Shown here piece after piece: positions 8,712 through 18,727 of a DNA stretch of 64,000 nucleotides; the first letter of the stretch is position 1; every line of letters starts with the position of its first letter. The position numbers and the translations under genes were made by a program. The stretch comes from Bacteroidales bacterium (GTDB lineage Bacteria > Bacteroidota > Bacteroidia > Bacteroidales > VadinHA17). The DNA lies in contig JBNGDI010000005.1 in assembly GCA_049975425.1 (NCBI GenBank), forward strand, positions 24,277 to 88,276, in the 5' to 3' direction. The notes beneath the pieces were generated by a model that had not been told where the DNA came from, did no database searches, and was given only the letters and a program-made list of their open reading frames with translations.

Positions 8712-8826
8712 CCATGCAAAAAGCCGGGGAAGAATACGAAAAAAGGAATAATTTTTTAAAATTTTTCCTATCTTTTCAGGCTTTTTTCCGTATATACTTA
8801 AAACCATACGATGCGGCAATGCAGCT

Positions 8827-11800
8827 ATGGACAATTTACCCGAAATAAATAAGAGAAAAAAGGGGGCCAACCATAAAAAAATGAATCTCTGGCGAGAAGA
8901 TCCTCACTTAAAGAACATCCCGCATTTTCATGATCTGCTATTCCTGCTCACAGCCGAAGGCCGGATCGTTACCGCCAACCCTCTGGCGGTGAGCCGTACG
9001 GGCAGGTCGCACACTGATCTCGCAGGCGAACTGTTCTACAGGATATTCCCTGATTATCAGCATAATGACATAAATAAATGGCTGGAACATCCTTCCGGAA
9101 AACCTGTCCCCGCCCTGTACCTGAAACTTGAAAGCGCAACCGGCGAAACCCTATATCTTCACTGTTCACAAACGGAATGGACCTGGCGGAAAAAACCTCA
9201 CCGGCTGATCAGGGCGGTTGAGGTAACAAAAGGCCTGTTCCCGGATACGGAAAAAAGCCTGGCCGAAGAAATGTTTTTTAAGGCTTTTCATTCCAATCCC
9301 GCCCTGATGGCCATCAGCAATTTCGAGAACAGCCAGTACATCGATGTGAACGAGAGTTTCCTGAATAATCTGGGATACAGCAGGGAGGAAATCGTCGGAC
9401 ACACCTCATCCGAACTGCAACTGTTTGTTGACCTGGTTCAGAGCGACAAATTTTTAAGGAAACTCAAAAAACTTAGCAAGGTAAGGGATTTCGAGGTCAC
9501 CATCAAAACCAAATCGGGAGAACCTCGCTACGGCCTGTTTTCTGCCGAAACCATCATGCTTCGCGGACAGCCCTGTTTGCTAACCATTATTAACGACATC
9601 ACCGAACGCAAGCTGGCAGAAGAAGAGCTGGAAATATCCGAACAGCGGTTCCGTGAACTGGCCGAGATGCTGCCCCTGATGCTATTCGAAGCCAGACTCG
9701 ACGGAACCATCACCTTTACCAACCAGTTCGCATTCAAAACCACACGGCATACGCCCGGGGAAGTGGAAAAGGGAGTGTCCTTCTTCGATCTGATCAACAA
9801 AAAGGAGCTGCCTGAGATCAGGAAAAAATTAAACCGGATTATCAGGCGCGAATCGGATGAAAACCCGCTGGAATGTACAGTCATCAGAAAAGACGGCACG
9901 GAATTCCCGGCACAGATCTTTATCAGTCTCATTTTCCATGAAAACAAGCCGGTCGGTTTACGTGGCGTTCTTATTGATATTACCGAAAGAAAAAAGACCC
10001 AGGAGGAACTGGAAACCGAAAAAGCCTATCTCGCCGAACTGATCGAGAGCGCCCCCGAGGCCATTGTGCTTTTGAACAATGAAAGCACCATTCTTCAGAT
10101 CAACTCGGAATTCGAAAAACTGTTCGGGTACACCCGGGAGGAAGCCATCGGGAAAAACCTTGACCAGCTGGTAGCCCCGGGCAAATACCTCAAACAGGCA
10201 GAAAAAGTAACCCGTACCATTGCCGGAGGGAAACAGATGGAACTTGAGTCGAAACGGGTAAGAAAGGACGGAAGCCTGGTAGATGTGTCCATCCTGGGAA
10301 CTCCCATAATCGTCAACAAAGCCCAGGTTGGCGTATTCGGTATTTACAGGGACATTACCGAAAGGAAAAAAGCCGAAACGGTACAGCGAATGGTCAACAC
10401 CATTTCCAAGGCTGTGATCACCACCAAAGACCTCGAAGAACTGTTCCTGGTGATCAAAAAGGAGCTCAGCAAGCTGATGGATACCACCAATTTTTTCATC
10501 GCCCTGTATGACAAGGAAAACAACAGCATCAGTCTGCCTTTCTTCCGCGATGAAAAAGACAAATTCAATAATATCCCCGCCGGGAAAACCATTACCTCCT
10601 ATGTGATCAGAACACGCAAATCCATGCTGCTCAAGACTGCTGATATGAAAAAGCTGGAGGAGGAGGGAGAAATTGAACTGGTGGGAACCAACTGCAAAGT
10701 ATGGATGGGTGTTCCCCTGCGATCGAAAAAGGAAGTTATCGGCATTATCAGCCTGCAAAACTATCAGAATGCCGATGCCTACAGCCGGGAAAATCTGGGC
10801 ATTCTCGAATTCATCGCCGATCAGATAGGAATTGCCATCGAATGGAAGAAAGCTGAATCTGAACTACACAACAGCCTGGAAAAATATCGTGCAGTGGCCG
10901 AAACCACCATTGCCGGCATCGGCATTACCGATACCGATGAAAACCTCAACTATGTGAATGCCGCTTTCGCGGAAATGCTGGGATACGACCCTGAGGAACT
11001 CACCGGCAAAAATCTTTCAGCCATCACTACCTCTGAAAAATACCAGTATTTCAGAGAACAAACATTAAAAAGAATGTCGGGACTGGAAAGCCAGTACGAA
11101 ATAACTCTCATAAGAAAAGACGGCACCCCGGTGGAAACCCTGGTCCATGCCTCCCCCCTGTTCGATGAATCCAACCGGTTCCGCGAAACCCTGGCTGTGA
11201 TCATCGATATTACCCGGTTGAAAGAAACCCAGGAAGAGCTGATCAGGGCCAAGGAAATTGCCGAAGAGGCCGCCCGTGCCAAGCAGCAGTTTCTTTCTAC
11301 CATGAGCCACGAAATACGGACGCCCATGAATGCGGTGATCGGCATGGCTCACCTTCTGCTGCAGGAGAACCCACGCCCTGACCAGATAGAAAACCTGCAC
11401 TCGCTCAAATTCTCTGCCGAAAACCTGCTGGTGCTGATCAACGACGTGCTCGATTTCAGCAAAATTGAAGCCGGCAAAATTGCATTCGAGGAAGCCGATT
11501 TCGACCTGCACAGTCTCCTGGAAGGCCTCAGGCAGTCGTTCGTTTTCAAGGCGGCCGATAAAAACATTCAGCTCGAATGCCACATTGAATCAGATGTTCC
11601 TAAAATTGTGATAGGTGATCCCTTGAGGCTGAATCAGGTGCTGACCAATCTGATGTCGAATGCCATGAAATTCACCGAACAGGGAAAGGTATCTCTTTCA
11701 GCCAGGGTGGCCCGTTCCGATGAAAAGACAACCTGTATCGAATTTTCCGTATCCGATACGGGAATCGGGATATCGCCTGATAATATCGGAAAAATATTCG

Positions 11801-12396
11801 ACAGCTTCGTACAGGCAACACCCGATACTACCCGAAAATATGGAGGAACCGGCCTGGGGCTTGCTATATGCAAACAACTCCTGCGCCTGAAAAATTCCAG
11901 CATCCAGGTAGAAAGCGAACCGGGAAAAGGTTCCAGGTTTTATTTCACCCTGTCCTTCAGGAACAGTAGCCTGAAGCATATCAGCGATACCGACGATATC
12001 GGAAAGATCAGCTATGAAAAACTCAAGGGAAAGAAGGTGCTCCTGGTGGAAGACAATGAGATCAACAGGCTGGTAGCCTACAAATTTCTCAGGAAATGGG
12101 GCATGGAGATCACCGAGGCAGGGAACGGAAAAGAAGCCGTGGAATACCTGGGAAAAAATACCTTTGACCTGATACTGATGGACCTGCAAATGCCGGTAAT
12201 GGACGGTTATGAAGCCACCCGGCATATTCGTTCATCCATGCCCAACGGCAAAACCATCCCTGTTGTGGCCCTGACGGCCTCTCTCATGAACGAGGTACAG
12301 GAAAAGATCATATCTTCAGGAATGAACGACCTCATACTCAAACCCTTCAATCCCGGCGAGCTTTATTCGAAAATCGTGAAAGTCCTCGAATCATGA
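8827..12396 (+). CDS. soluble hybrid sensor histidine kinase (multi-PAS, GAF, HisKA, HATPase, C-terminal receiver)
   Basis: PAS boundaries repeat (DITERKLAEEEL, DITERKKTQEEL, DITERKKAE, DITRLKETQEEL). H-box FLSTMSHEIRTPMNAV. G-box GGTGLGLAICK. Receiver VLLVEDNEINRLV...LMDLQMPVMDG. No obvious transmembrane segment. Confidence 0.85.
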   Translation: MDNLPEINKRKKGANHKKMNLWREDPHLKNIPHFHDLLFLLTAEGRIVTANPLAVSRTGRSHTDLAGELFYRIFPDYQHNDINKWLEHPSGKPVPALYLKLESATGETLYLHCSQTEWTWRKKPHRLIRAVEVTKGLFPDTEKSLAEEMFFKAFHSNPALMAISNFENSQYIDVNESFLNNLGYSREEIVGHTSSELQLFVDLVQSDKFLRKLKKLSKVRDFEVTIKTKSGEPRYGLFSAETIMLRGQPCLLTIINDITERKLAEEELEISEQRFRELAEMLPLMLFEARLDGTITFTNQFAFKTTRHTPGEVEKGVSFFDLINKKELPEIRKKLNRIIRRESDENPLECTVIRKDGTEFPAQIFISLIFHENKPVGLRGVLIDITERKKTQEELETEKAYLAELIESAPEAIVLLNNESTILQINSEFEKLFGYTREEAIGKNLDQLVAPGKYLKQAEKVTRTIAGGKQMELESKRVRKDGSLVDVSILGTPIIVNKAQVGVFGIYRDITERKKAETVQRMVNTISKAVITTKDLEELFLVIKKELSKLMDTTNFFIALYDKENNSISLPFFRDEKDKFNNIPAGKTITSYVIRTRKSMLLKTADMKKLEEEGEIELVGTNCKVWMGVPLRSKKEVIGIISLQNYQNADAYSRENLGILEFIADQIGIAIEWKKAESELHNSLEKYRAVAETTIAGIGITDTDENLNYVNAAFAEMLGYDPEELTGKNLSAITTSEKYQYFREQTLKRMSGLESQYEITLIRKDGTPVETLVHASPLFDESNRFRETLAVIIDITRLKETQEELIRAKEIAEEAARAKQQFLSTMSHEIRTPMNAVIGMAHLLLQENPRPDQIENLHSLKFSAENLLVLINDVLDFSKIEAGKIAFEEADFDLHSLLEGLRQSFVFKAADKNIQLECHIESDVPKIVIGDPLRLNQVLTNLMSNAMKFTEQGKVSLSARVARSDEKTTCIEFSVSDTGIGISPDNIGKIFDSFVQATPDTTRKYGGTGLGLAICKQLLRLKNSSIQVESEPGKGSRFYFTLSFRNSSLKHISDTDDIGKISYEKLKGKKVLLVEDNEINRLVAYKFLRKWGMEITEAGNGKEAVEYLGKNTFDLILMDLQMPVMDGYEATRHIRSSMPNGKTIPVVALTASLMNEVQEKIISSGMNDLILKPFNPGELYSKIVKVLES

Positions 12397-12890
12397 GAAC
12401 ACAAATTCAGGCATATCTGCTGTTTCTGTTCCTGTTCACGGTTTTTACCGGCCCCCTCTATCCTCAAAATACCGGCCGGATACCCCCTCTGAACCAGCGT
12501 ATTCTGCAATATGTGGAAAGTGTGGTGGGAACCCGGGTCGACCGCGGAGAATGCTGGGACCTGGCAAGGCAGGCTCTTGACCGCAGCGGAGCCAGCTGGG
12601 ACGGAAGTTACGGTTTCGGGAAGGTGGTGAAATACCGGAAAGAGGAAGTTCTGCCGGGTGATATCGTCCGGTTCGAAAAAGTGATGGTACAGTATACCAA
12701 AGGCCTTACCACCTATACAGAAAATTACAATCATCATACCGCCATTGTTTACCGTGTTAAAGGAAGAGGACAATTCGAACTGGCACATCAAAACACCGGG
12801 TTCTCAGGGAAAAAAGTGGGGGTCAGTTCCCTGAACCTGGATCATGTGATTAGGGGGAAAATTACCGTTTATCGAGCGGTATCCGAATAA
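12393..12890 (+). CDS. small secreted papain-fold (CHAP / NlpC-P60-like) protein
   Basis: Signal peptide MRTQIQAYLLFLFLFTVFTG. Candidate catalytic Cys in DRGECWDLARQAL and His in NHHTAIVYRV. ATG 12393 overlaps the kinase stop (ATGA). The family assignment rests on motif resemblance only. Confidence 0.45.
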   Translation: MRTQIQAYLLFLFLFTVFTGPLYPQNTGRIPPLNQRILQYVESVVGTRVDRGECWDLARQALDRSGASWDGSYGFGKVVKYRKEEVLPGDIVRFEKVMVQYTKGLTTYTENYNHHTAIVYRVKGRGQFELAHQNTGFSGKKVGVSSLNLDHVIRGKITVYRAVSE

Positions 12891-12902
12891 AAGTCAAACA
12901 CC

Positions 12903-13670
12903 ATGTTACAAAATGACTGGAACCTGACTGGTAAAAAGGCATTGATCACAGGGGCCACCAGAGGGATCGGAAGAGCCATCCTCGACATGTTTCTGGAACT
13001 GGGAGCAGAGGTGTTCCCGGTAGCCAGAAACCCAAAAGATATCCGCCATCTGACACAGGAACTCGCCGGTCAATACACTGTGGAAGGTATGGCGGCCGAT
13101 GTTACCATTCCCGGCGAACGTGAAACCCTGGTGAGCATGCTTGAAGAAAAATGGGGCAGGCTGGATATCCTGGTCAACAATGTGGGGATGAATATCAGGA
13201 AAAAAGCCCTGGAATACTCCGAACAGGAAATCCGGCAGATCATGGAAACCAATCTGTATTCCGCATTCAGCCTGGCCCGGCAAGCTCACCAACTGATGAA
13301 AAAATCGGGTCGGGCCAGCCTTGTCAACATCTCATCCGTGGCCGGGTTAACCCATATCCGCACCGGCGTGGTATACGGAATGACCAAAGCGGCAATGGTC
13401 CAGATGACCCGCAACCTGGCGGTTGAATGGGCCGCTCACGGGATCAGGGTCAATGCCGTTGCTCCCTGGTATATTGATACCCCCCTTGCCCGGCAGGTCC
13501 TGAAAAACCTGGATTATCTGCAGGAAGTACTGAACAGGACCCCGATGAAGCGGATCGGAAAACCCGAAGAGGTGGCTACTGCAGTGGCCTTTCTCTGCAT
13601 GCCGGCTTCATCGTACATTACCGGACAAACCCTTGCGGTAGACGGAGGATTCAGTATTTACGGGTTCTGA
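12903..13670 (+). CDS. short-chain dehydrogenase/reductase (tropinone-reductase-like SDR)
   Basis: Motifs [17 protein letters not shown] and the catalytic YGMTKAA, with a C-terminal [11 protein letters not shown]. Confidence 0.85.
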   Translation: MLQNDWNLTGKKALITGATRGIGRAILDMFLELGAEVFPVARNPKDIRHLTQELAGQYTVEGMAADVTIPGERETLVSMLEEKWGRLDILVNNVGMNIRKKALEYSEQEIRQIMETNLYSAFSLARQAHQLMKKSGRASLVNISSVAGLTHIRTGVVYGMTKAAMVQMTRNLAVEWAAHGIRVNAVAPWYIDTPLARQVLKNLDYLQEVLNRTPMKRIGKPEEVATAVAFLCMPASSYITGQTLAVDGGFSIYGF

Positions 13671-13677
13671 CGAGACT

Positions 13678-14919
13678 TTACCGGCAATGTTCCTGCAACA
13701 GCAGGACAGCCTCCCTCTCTCCCAGACGGGCTGCCCTGTTCCAGTCGTAACAGGCACCCTCCGGATCGTTCATGGAAAGGCTGACCTTCCCTCGGTTAAG
13801 ATAGACCCGGCCAATGTTCGGATCCAGGTCCAGGGCCTGCGAAAAATCATCGTACGCATGCTTCCACATTCGGGTAATCATGTATGCTTCTGCCCGGTCG
13901 ATGAAAAATTCGGGCCGGCTGCGGTCGAGGGCAAGGTTGCGGTTGAAATATTCCAGAGCTTTCAGGGCCTGCCCCGCCTCCAGCATGGTTCGGCCCGCCT
14001 TTCTGATCAGCTCTGTATCGTTTTCCCTGAACGACAATACCTCATCATAATCATTTTTTGCCTGATCATACCGTCCCAGGGAAGCCAGCACTGCGGCCCG
14101 TTCGATCATCAGGCCAAGGTCGTGCGGCTCGGCCGAGACGGCCCGGTTCAGGTCGTTCAGCGCGGAGGAGAGATCGCCTGTGCGGAAATAAAACAACCCC
14201 CTTTCCCGGAAGAAGGCAGACTTTCCACCCGACTTTGCCAGAGCCGCAGTATAATCGCCGGAAGCAGCCCGGTTATTTGAAAGATGCTCATGGCATCGGG
14301 CCCTGACAAGGTACAGACGGGCATCGTCCATTCCCTGCCGGATAGCATCATCGGCCACCTGCAGGGCCTCACTGTAAATACCCCTTGAATACAGGTATTC
14401 GGCTTCCGTAAGCACTTCACCGGCTTCACCATACCAGTCGGTTTGCCAGAGCGAAACCCACAGCCGGGTTCTTTCCAGGCGGCGAAAAGCTTCATCGGTC
14501 ATGATTTCCTTTCTCGGTAGCTTATCGCGGAATCCCAGATAGGTTCTCAGCGAAGTAACCGCCAGGGAATCGTTTCCCGTCAGGGCATAATACCTGGCCC
14601 ATTCATAGGCAGCCTGCACCGGATCCAATGATTCCAGCTCTTCCAGTTCACCGGCGGCATCGTCCATTCGGTTCAGAGCCATACAGGCCCGGGCACGCAG
14701 CCTGAAAACCTCCGCCAGTTCCGTTCCCGCCTCTTCGGCCCGGGCCAGCTCCTCCAGGGCACGGTCATAGTGTGACCGTTCCATTTCCACCATGGCCCGG
14801 ATCAGGGCATCGTTCCGCTCCTGCGGAAATACGGCTGACGTTCTGACAAGACCTGCCAGCACCATCAGTAACAGGATCAAGCTCCTGCCTATGCAGAATG
14901 ACGGATCATTTTTCCACAT
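13678..14919 (-). CDS. secreted tetratricopeptide (TPR) repeat protein
   Basis: The whole protein is made of repeated about 34-aa A/L/Y-rich helical units, after an N-terminal hydrophobic segment (LILLLMVLAGLV). The start is uncertain: ATG at 14919 or 14949, and the track start 14961 is TTG. Confidence 0.7.
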   Translation of the reverse strand: MWKNDPSFCIGRSLILLLMVLAGLVRTSAVFPQERNDALIRAMVEMERSHYDRALEELARAEEAGTELAEVFRLRARACMALNRMDDAAGELEELESLDPVQAAYEWARYYALTGNDSLAVTSLRTYLGFRDKLPRKEIMTDEAFRRLERTRLWVSLWQTDWYGEAGEVLTEAEYLYSRGIYSEALQVADDAIRQGMDDARLYLVRARCHEHLSNNRAASGDYTAALAKSGGKSAFFRERGLFYFRTGDLSSALNDLNRAVSAEPHDLGLMIERAAVLASLGRYDQAKNDYDEVLSFRENDTELIRKAGRTMLEAGQALKALEYFNRNLALDRSRPEFFIDRAEAYMITRMWKHAYDDFSQALDLDPNIGRVYLNRGKVSLSMNDPEGACYDWNRAARLGEREAVLLLQEHCR

Positions 14920-17566
14920 GAACCGGCGGATTTTTTTCGGTGAACACATAAACAAATCCAACTATATTCCTTATTTCCTCCCCCGTGAGCCGTTGCTCGG
15001 TCACATCACAAATATAATAGTACACTCCCGGGGAAACGATTTTCCCGGTATTCCTGATCTGCCCGTTCCAGATAAATTCCGAAGGATCATCGTACGATCC
15101 CTCAAAAACAAGCTCCCCCCAGCGGTTGAATATCTGAATGTCCACCGCCCTGACAAAACGGTAGGCCTTCGGCCGGAAGAAATCATTGTCACCGTCGTTA
15201 TTCGGACTGAACACATTGGGCAGTTCAAAATAGGAACATTCATCAATACAAATGCGGGCCGACAGAGCACTTTCATTTCCGAATGAGTCGACCGCCGTCA
15301 TGGCATAACATCCGGCCATGGTTTCTTCCGGGTAATGGTGAAAAACAGTGGTTTCCCGCTCTTCCACCGTTCCTATGGGCTGCAGGGTGCCGTTGTACAG
15401 CGGGGTATAAAACAGGTTATACTTCACAATGTCTTCCCCGCATTCACCTTCAGGAATAGCCCAATGCAGCACATTGTAGAAGCTGTCGCAAACAGAATAA
15501 ACGGTCAGATCAGGCGGACACGGAGGTTCCATGTCTACCGGTGTGCCACAGTTTTCATGGGAAAAATTGATCAACGAGTCAGGAATCCCCGGTTGATTGT
15601 ATGTGCCGATGCTTTTGGCCAGGTAGCAGAATTCAACTCCGTTGGCCAGGCCGGTATCCACATACACCGAATCGGAAACCACCCCGATGGAGTCGAACAG
15701 GAGGGTGGAGTGGTTCTGCCGGTAAACCACATAGCGGGTATTCAGCCATGGGACGTTTTTCCGGAAAAAGATCTTCATTTTATTATCCCCCGGCACCAGG
15801 TGAAGAAACAGGCTGGAAGCGGTACCGGGCTCGCCGATCATAAAGCGGTTGCCGGGTTCATCGTTGTAAAGTTCCACCCGGTAATGGTATGCGAAATCCT
15901 GTGTATTGATATTCAAATCATTATATGTAGTGTCTTCCAGATCGGCCGTTGCAAAGCTGTGTATCTGTGTAAAATCAGTTCCCCATATCCCTTCGGCACG
16001 GTAGATGCGATATTCATAGGGGCCGTAAGCGGGGATGGTATCCAGATCCCGGGGTTTGACCCAGGCCAGGTAAATGTTCCCGGCAGCCGGATCAGTATCG
16101 GTCACACTCACATTGGTTATGACGGGGGTTCCCTGCACCAGAATCCCGCATGCTTCATTTGAAGCTATCCCGGGAGTCCCATCGGGATAAACAGCCACCA
16201 CCAGGTAGCAGTATTCCGTACCCTGCAGCAGCCCGTTGCCGCTATTGTCATCAACAAAAACGGTATCCTGCCAGGAAGAAGTACTTCCGATTTTGTGATA
16301 ACCCAGGTAGGCCGGCACCCCGTATTCGCATGAGTCGGGAATATAACCGGTACTGCCTGTCCTGCGGTACACATCATAGCCCACCACGTTATCGCATGCA
16401 CAGGGTGACCATTTCAGCAGGATAGACCGGTGGGAGGGGATGGCCTCCAGAGGACCGGGCGGTGGACCGATCACCCGGATATTGATGTTATCAATATCCA
16501 CCAGGGAAATATCCTCGTTCACATCTTCCGCTTTCACCAGCCAGTTGTATGGAACTCCCCGCACATGGCTGCATGTGGTCTGCCAATCAAAGCGGGAGGT
16601 AATTGTTCCCGAATCGGAAGAAACCGTGGTAAACACAGGCAGGGATTCCGAAACCTGGTACACACCCCCCGTATCCCAGTGGGTGATCATATCGTTGTTG
16701 GGGTCGGTGGCCGTCACTTCGAAACTTATGAAATCCCCGGCCACCACACACAGGTCGTTCAACGGCCCGTTCACCGGCGGATCATTCTCAGTCTCGTACA
16801 CATCGATCTGCATATCCCGGTGGATGGTCCCGATTTTAATCCCGTTCCGCCATTCATCTATGTTCATGGCCACATTGTAAATCCCCCGGTCGAATTCGCC
16901 GTTCTTTTGCCATTCCTTCACCGGATTTTTCCATACCAGATCCCCCGTCACCTCGTCCACATAAAAGGTATCGCTGGCTGTTGGAAACGTATAGTTTGAA
17001 ATGGGTTCTCCCCCCTCCCGGGTACAGATGGCCAGTCTGTATGACAGGCTGTCGCCGTCAGGATCATAGGCTGCCGGATTATGGATGAAAAGATGCCCCA
17101 CAGCGGCCTTGTCATACGGAGGATTCAGCAAAATGGGTGTGTTGTTTTGCCCCACCTGTGGATTCACCAGCAAAACGGTTTTGATGGAAAACACCACATT
17201 CACCGAACTGGGAATGTTGATCACCCCGTAGTTCCGGTTGGGGTCTTCCACTACCACCTCGTAAACACCCGGCCCGGGGAATGTGTGGGTGGCTTTGTAA
17301 GTATTTTTCTGATAATCGTTGGGCAGTATAAGCGGAGGAGGTATCCGCGGAGCTATGGAAGTAGTATTGTCGCCCCACTGCACTTCCAGCTGGCTGCGAT
17401 CAGCAGGACTTTTCGTATAGGTATAGGTGGTAATGGTAAACTCGAAAGTAAATCCCGATAACTGCCGGTAAGTGATCTCCCCGGCCCGGTTATGGGTTGA
17501 AAAAACCTGCAAAACCGGAATAAGCCACAACAGGGCGGAGACCAACCGTATTTTATACATTTTCAT
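14906..17566 (-). CDS. large cell-surface protein with FN3-like repeats and a T9SS type-B (gliding-motility CHU_C) C-terminal sorting domain
   Basis: Signal peptide MKMYKIRLVSALLWLIPVLQVFS. DPDGD/DPNND Ca-binding-like motifs. Several FN3-like modules (LLKWSPCACDNVVGYDVYR, YNLFYTP...). C-terminus FELPNVFSPNNDGDNDFFRPK...IQIFNRWGELVFEG...WNGQ...PGVYYYI. Confidence 0.8.
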   Translation of the reverse strand: MKMYKIRLVSALLWLIPVLQVFSTHNRAGEITYRQLSGFTFEFTITTYTYTKSPADRSQLEVQWGDNTTSIAPRIPPPLILPNDYQKNTYKATHTFPGPGVYEVVVEDPNRNYGVINIPSSVNVVFSIKTVLLVNPQVGQNNTPILLNPPYDKAAVGHLFIHNPAAYDPDGDSLSYRLAICTREGGEPISNYTFPTASDTFYVDEVTGDLVWKNPVKEWQKNGEFDRGIYNVAMNIDEWRNGIKIGTIHRDMQIDVYETENDPPVNGPLNDLCVVAGDFISFEVTATDPNNDMITHWDTGGVYQVSESLPVFTTVSSDSGTITSRFDWQTTCSHVRGVPYNWLVKAEDVNEDISLVDIDNINIRVIGPPPGPLEAIPSHRSILLKWSPCACDNVVGYDVYRRTGSTGYIPDSCEYGVPAYLGYHKIGSTSSWQDTVFVDDNSGNGLLQGTEYCYLVVAVYPDGTPGIASNEACGILVQGTPVITNVSVTDTDPAAGNIYLAWVKPRDLDTIPAYGPYEYRIYRAEGIWGTDFTQIHSFATADLEDTTYNDLNINTQDFAYHYRVELYNDEPGNRFMIGEPGTASSLFLHLVPGDNKMKIFFRKNVPWLNTRYVVYRQNHSTLLFDSIGVVSDSVYVDTGLANGVEFCYLAKSIGTYNQPGIPDSLINFSHENCGTPVDMEPPCPPDLTVYSVCDSFYNVLHWAIPEGECGEDIVKYNLFYTPLYNGTLQPIGTVEERETTVFHHYPEETMAGCYAMTAVDSFGNESALSARICIDECSYFELPNVFSPNNDGDNDFFRPKAYRFVRAVDIQIFNRWGELVFEGSYDDPSEFIWNGQIRNTGKIVSPGVYYYICDVTEQRLTGEEIRNIVGFVYVFTEKNPPVHVEK

Positions 17567-17579
17567 AGGCTAAACCTGT

Positions 17580-18071
17580 TCATTCCAGGGTAACCCGGGT
17601 TTCCTGTACCTGGTGGGAAAAACAGTATCCCCTCTCAAAAGAGTTCACACCCAGAATCACCAGGTTAGTCTGGTCGTGGAACATATCAAGCAAGATCCTG
17701 TTCACAATAAGCAGCTCTGCCGGATTTCTGACCGATGAAGTTTCGTATTCCAGCCACACTGCCTCTTCATTTTTTTTCATACCATGAAAAACCAGGGAAA
17801 GATTTTTTTTCCCATTTGCCTTCAGGCCAAAGCTTTCGTTGATATATCTCGAAATCACCTCCCGGTCGTCTTCCTGATTCCAATCCAGGCCGGGATCCAG
17901 TGCATATCCGTACTTTTTCAGGATAATATCCATGAAATCGTCGGTAAATACCTTAAAGGATATCCGGAATTTCCCTGATTCCCCATCGTATTCAATATGG
18001 GTAACCGATACGTGTACCGGATGGGTCAGAAAGACCTGAAAAAGCAAGATCCACAACAATCCCTTCAGCAT
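17580..18071 (-). CDS. hypothetical secreted protein, DUF6702-like
   Basis: Signal peptide MLKGLLWILLFQVFL, then HPVHVSVTHIEYDGESGKFRISFKVFTDDF, which resembles the DUF6702 N-terminus. It is 14 nt upstream of the T9SS type-B gene. The ATG at 18071 was verified. Confidence 0.5.
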   Translation of the reverse strand: MLKGLLWILLFQVFLTHPVHVSVTHIEYDGESGKFRISFKVFTDDFMDIILKKYGYALDPGLDWNQEDDREVISRYINESFGLKANGKKNLSLVFHGMKKNEEAVWLEYETSSVRNPAELLIVNRILLDMFHDQTNLVILGVNSFERGYCFSHQVQETRVTLE

Positions 18072-18195
18072 ATTCCCCGGAGTTCCTAAACCTTCTGTCC
18101 ATCCAAAATTACAATAAATTATTACAATTATGGAACCGGCGGGGAAAATTCGGAGGAGCAAAGGTGTGAGCTGGTAGGGATGCGGTGGGAATGGT

Positions 18196-18624
18196 CTATT
18201 TTTGCATGATCACGCGAAGGGCTTCGATGGCCAGGCGGTAGGAATCCAGGCCCAGGCCCATAATCGACCCCCGGCATGCACGGCCAACCAGGGAGGTATG
18301 CCGGAAGGGTTCGCGGGTCAGCAGGTTGGTAATATGCACCTCAATGGCCGGGGCAGGCACGGCCGCCACCGCATCGGCCAGTGCCACCGATGTGTGGGAG
18401 TATCCGCCGGCATTGATCACCAGGCCGTCACAGGCAAAGCCGGCTTCCTGGATATGGGTGACCAGTTCCCCCTCCACGTTCGACTGCAAATGATCGATGG
18501 TATAGGCAGGATACAGTTCCTTCAATAGTTTCAGATACTCTTCGAACGAACGGGTTCCGTACTTCTCCTGCTCCCTCTTTCCCAGAAGGTTCAGGTTGGG
18601 ACCGTTTATGATCATGATTTTCAT
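18196..18624 (-). CDS. aroQ: type II 3-dehydroquinate dehydratase
   Basis: MKIMIINGPNLNLLGKREQEKYG, INAGGYSHTSVA, EVHITNLLTREPFRH. Start at ATG 18624. Confidence 0.9.
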   Translation of the reverse strand: MKIMIINGPNLNLLGKREQEKYGTRSFEEYLKLLKELYPAYTIDHLQSNVEGELVTHIQEAGFACDGLVINAGGYSHTSVALADAVAAVPAPAIEVHITNLLTREPFRHTSLVGRACRGSIMGLGLDSYRLAIEALRVIMQK

Positions 18625-18727
18625 GGCATGAACAGGTTGGCTTTCCTGGCAATAAAAATAAGAACTTGCAGCCAGAAAACGCAGCGGTCGGCGAATTTTC
18701 ATTAATTTCGGGAAGAATCCATCCGTT

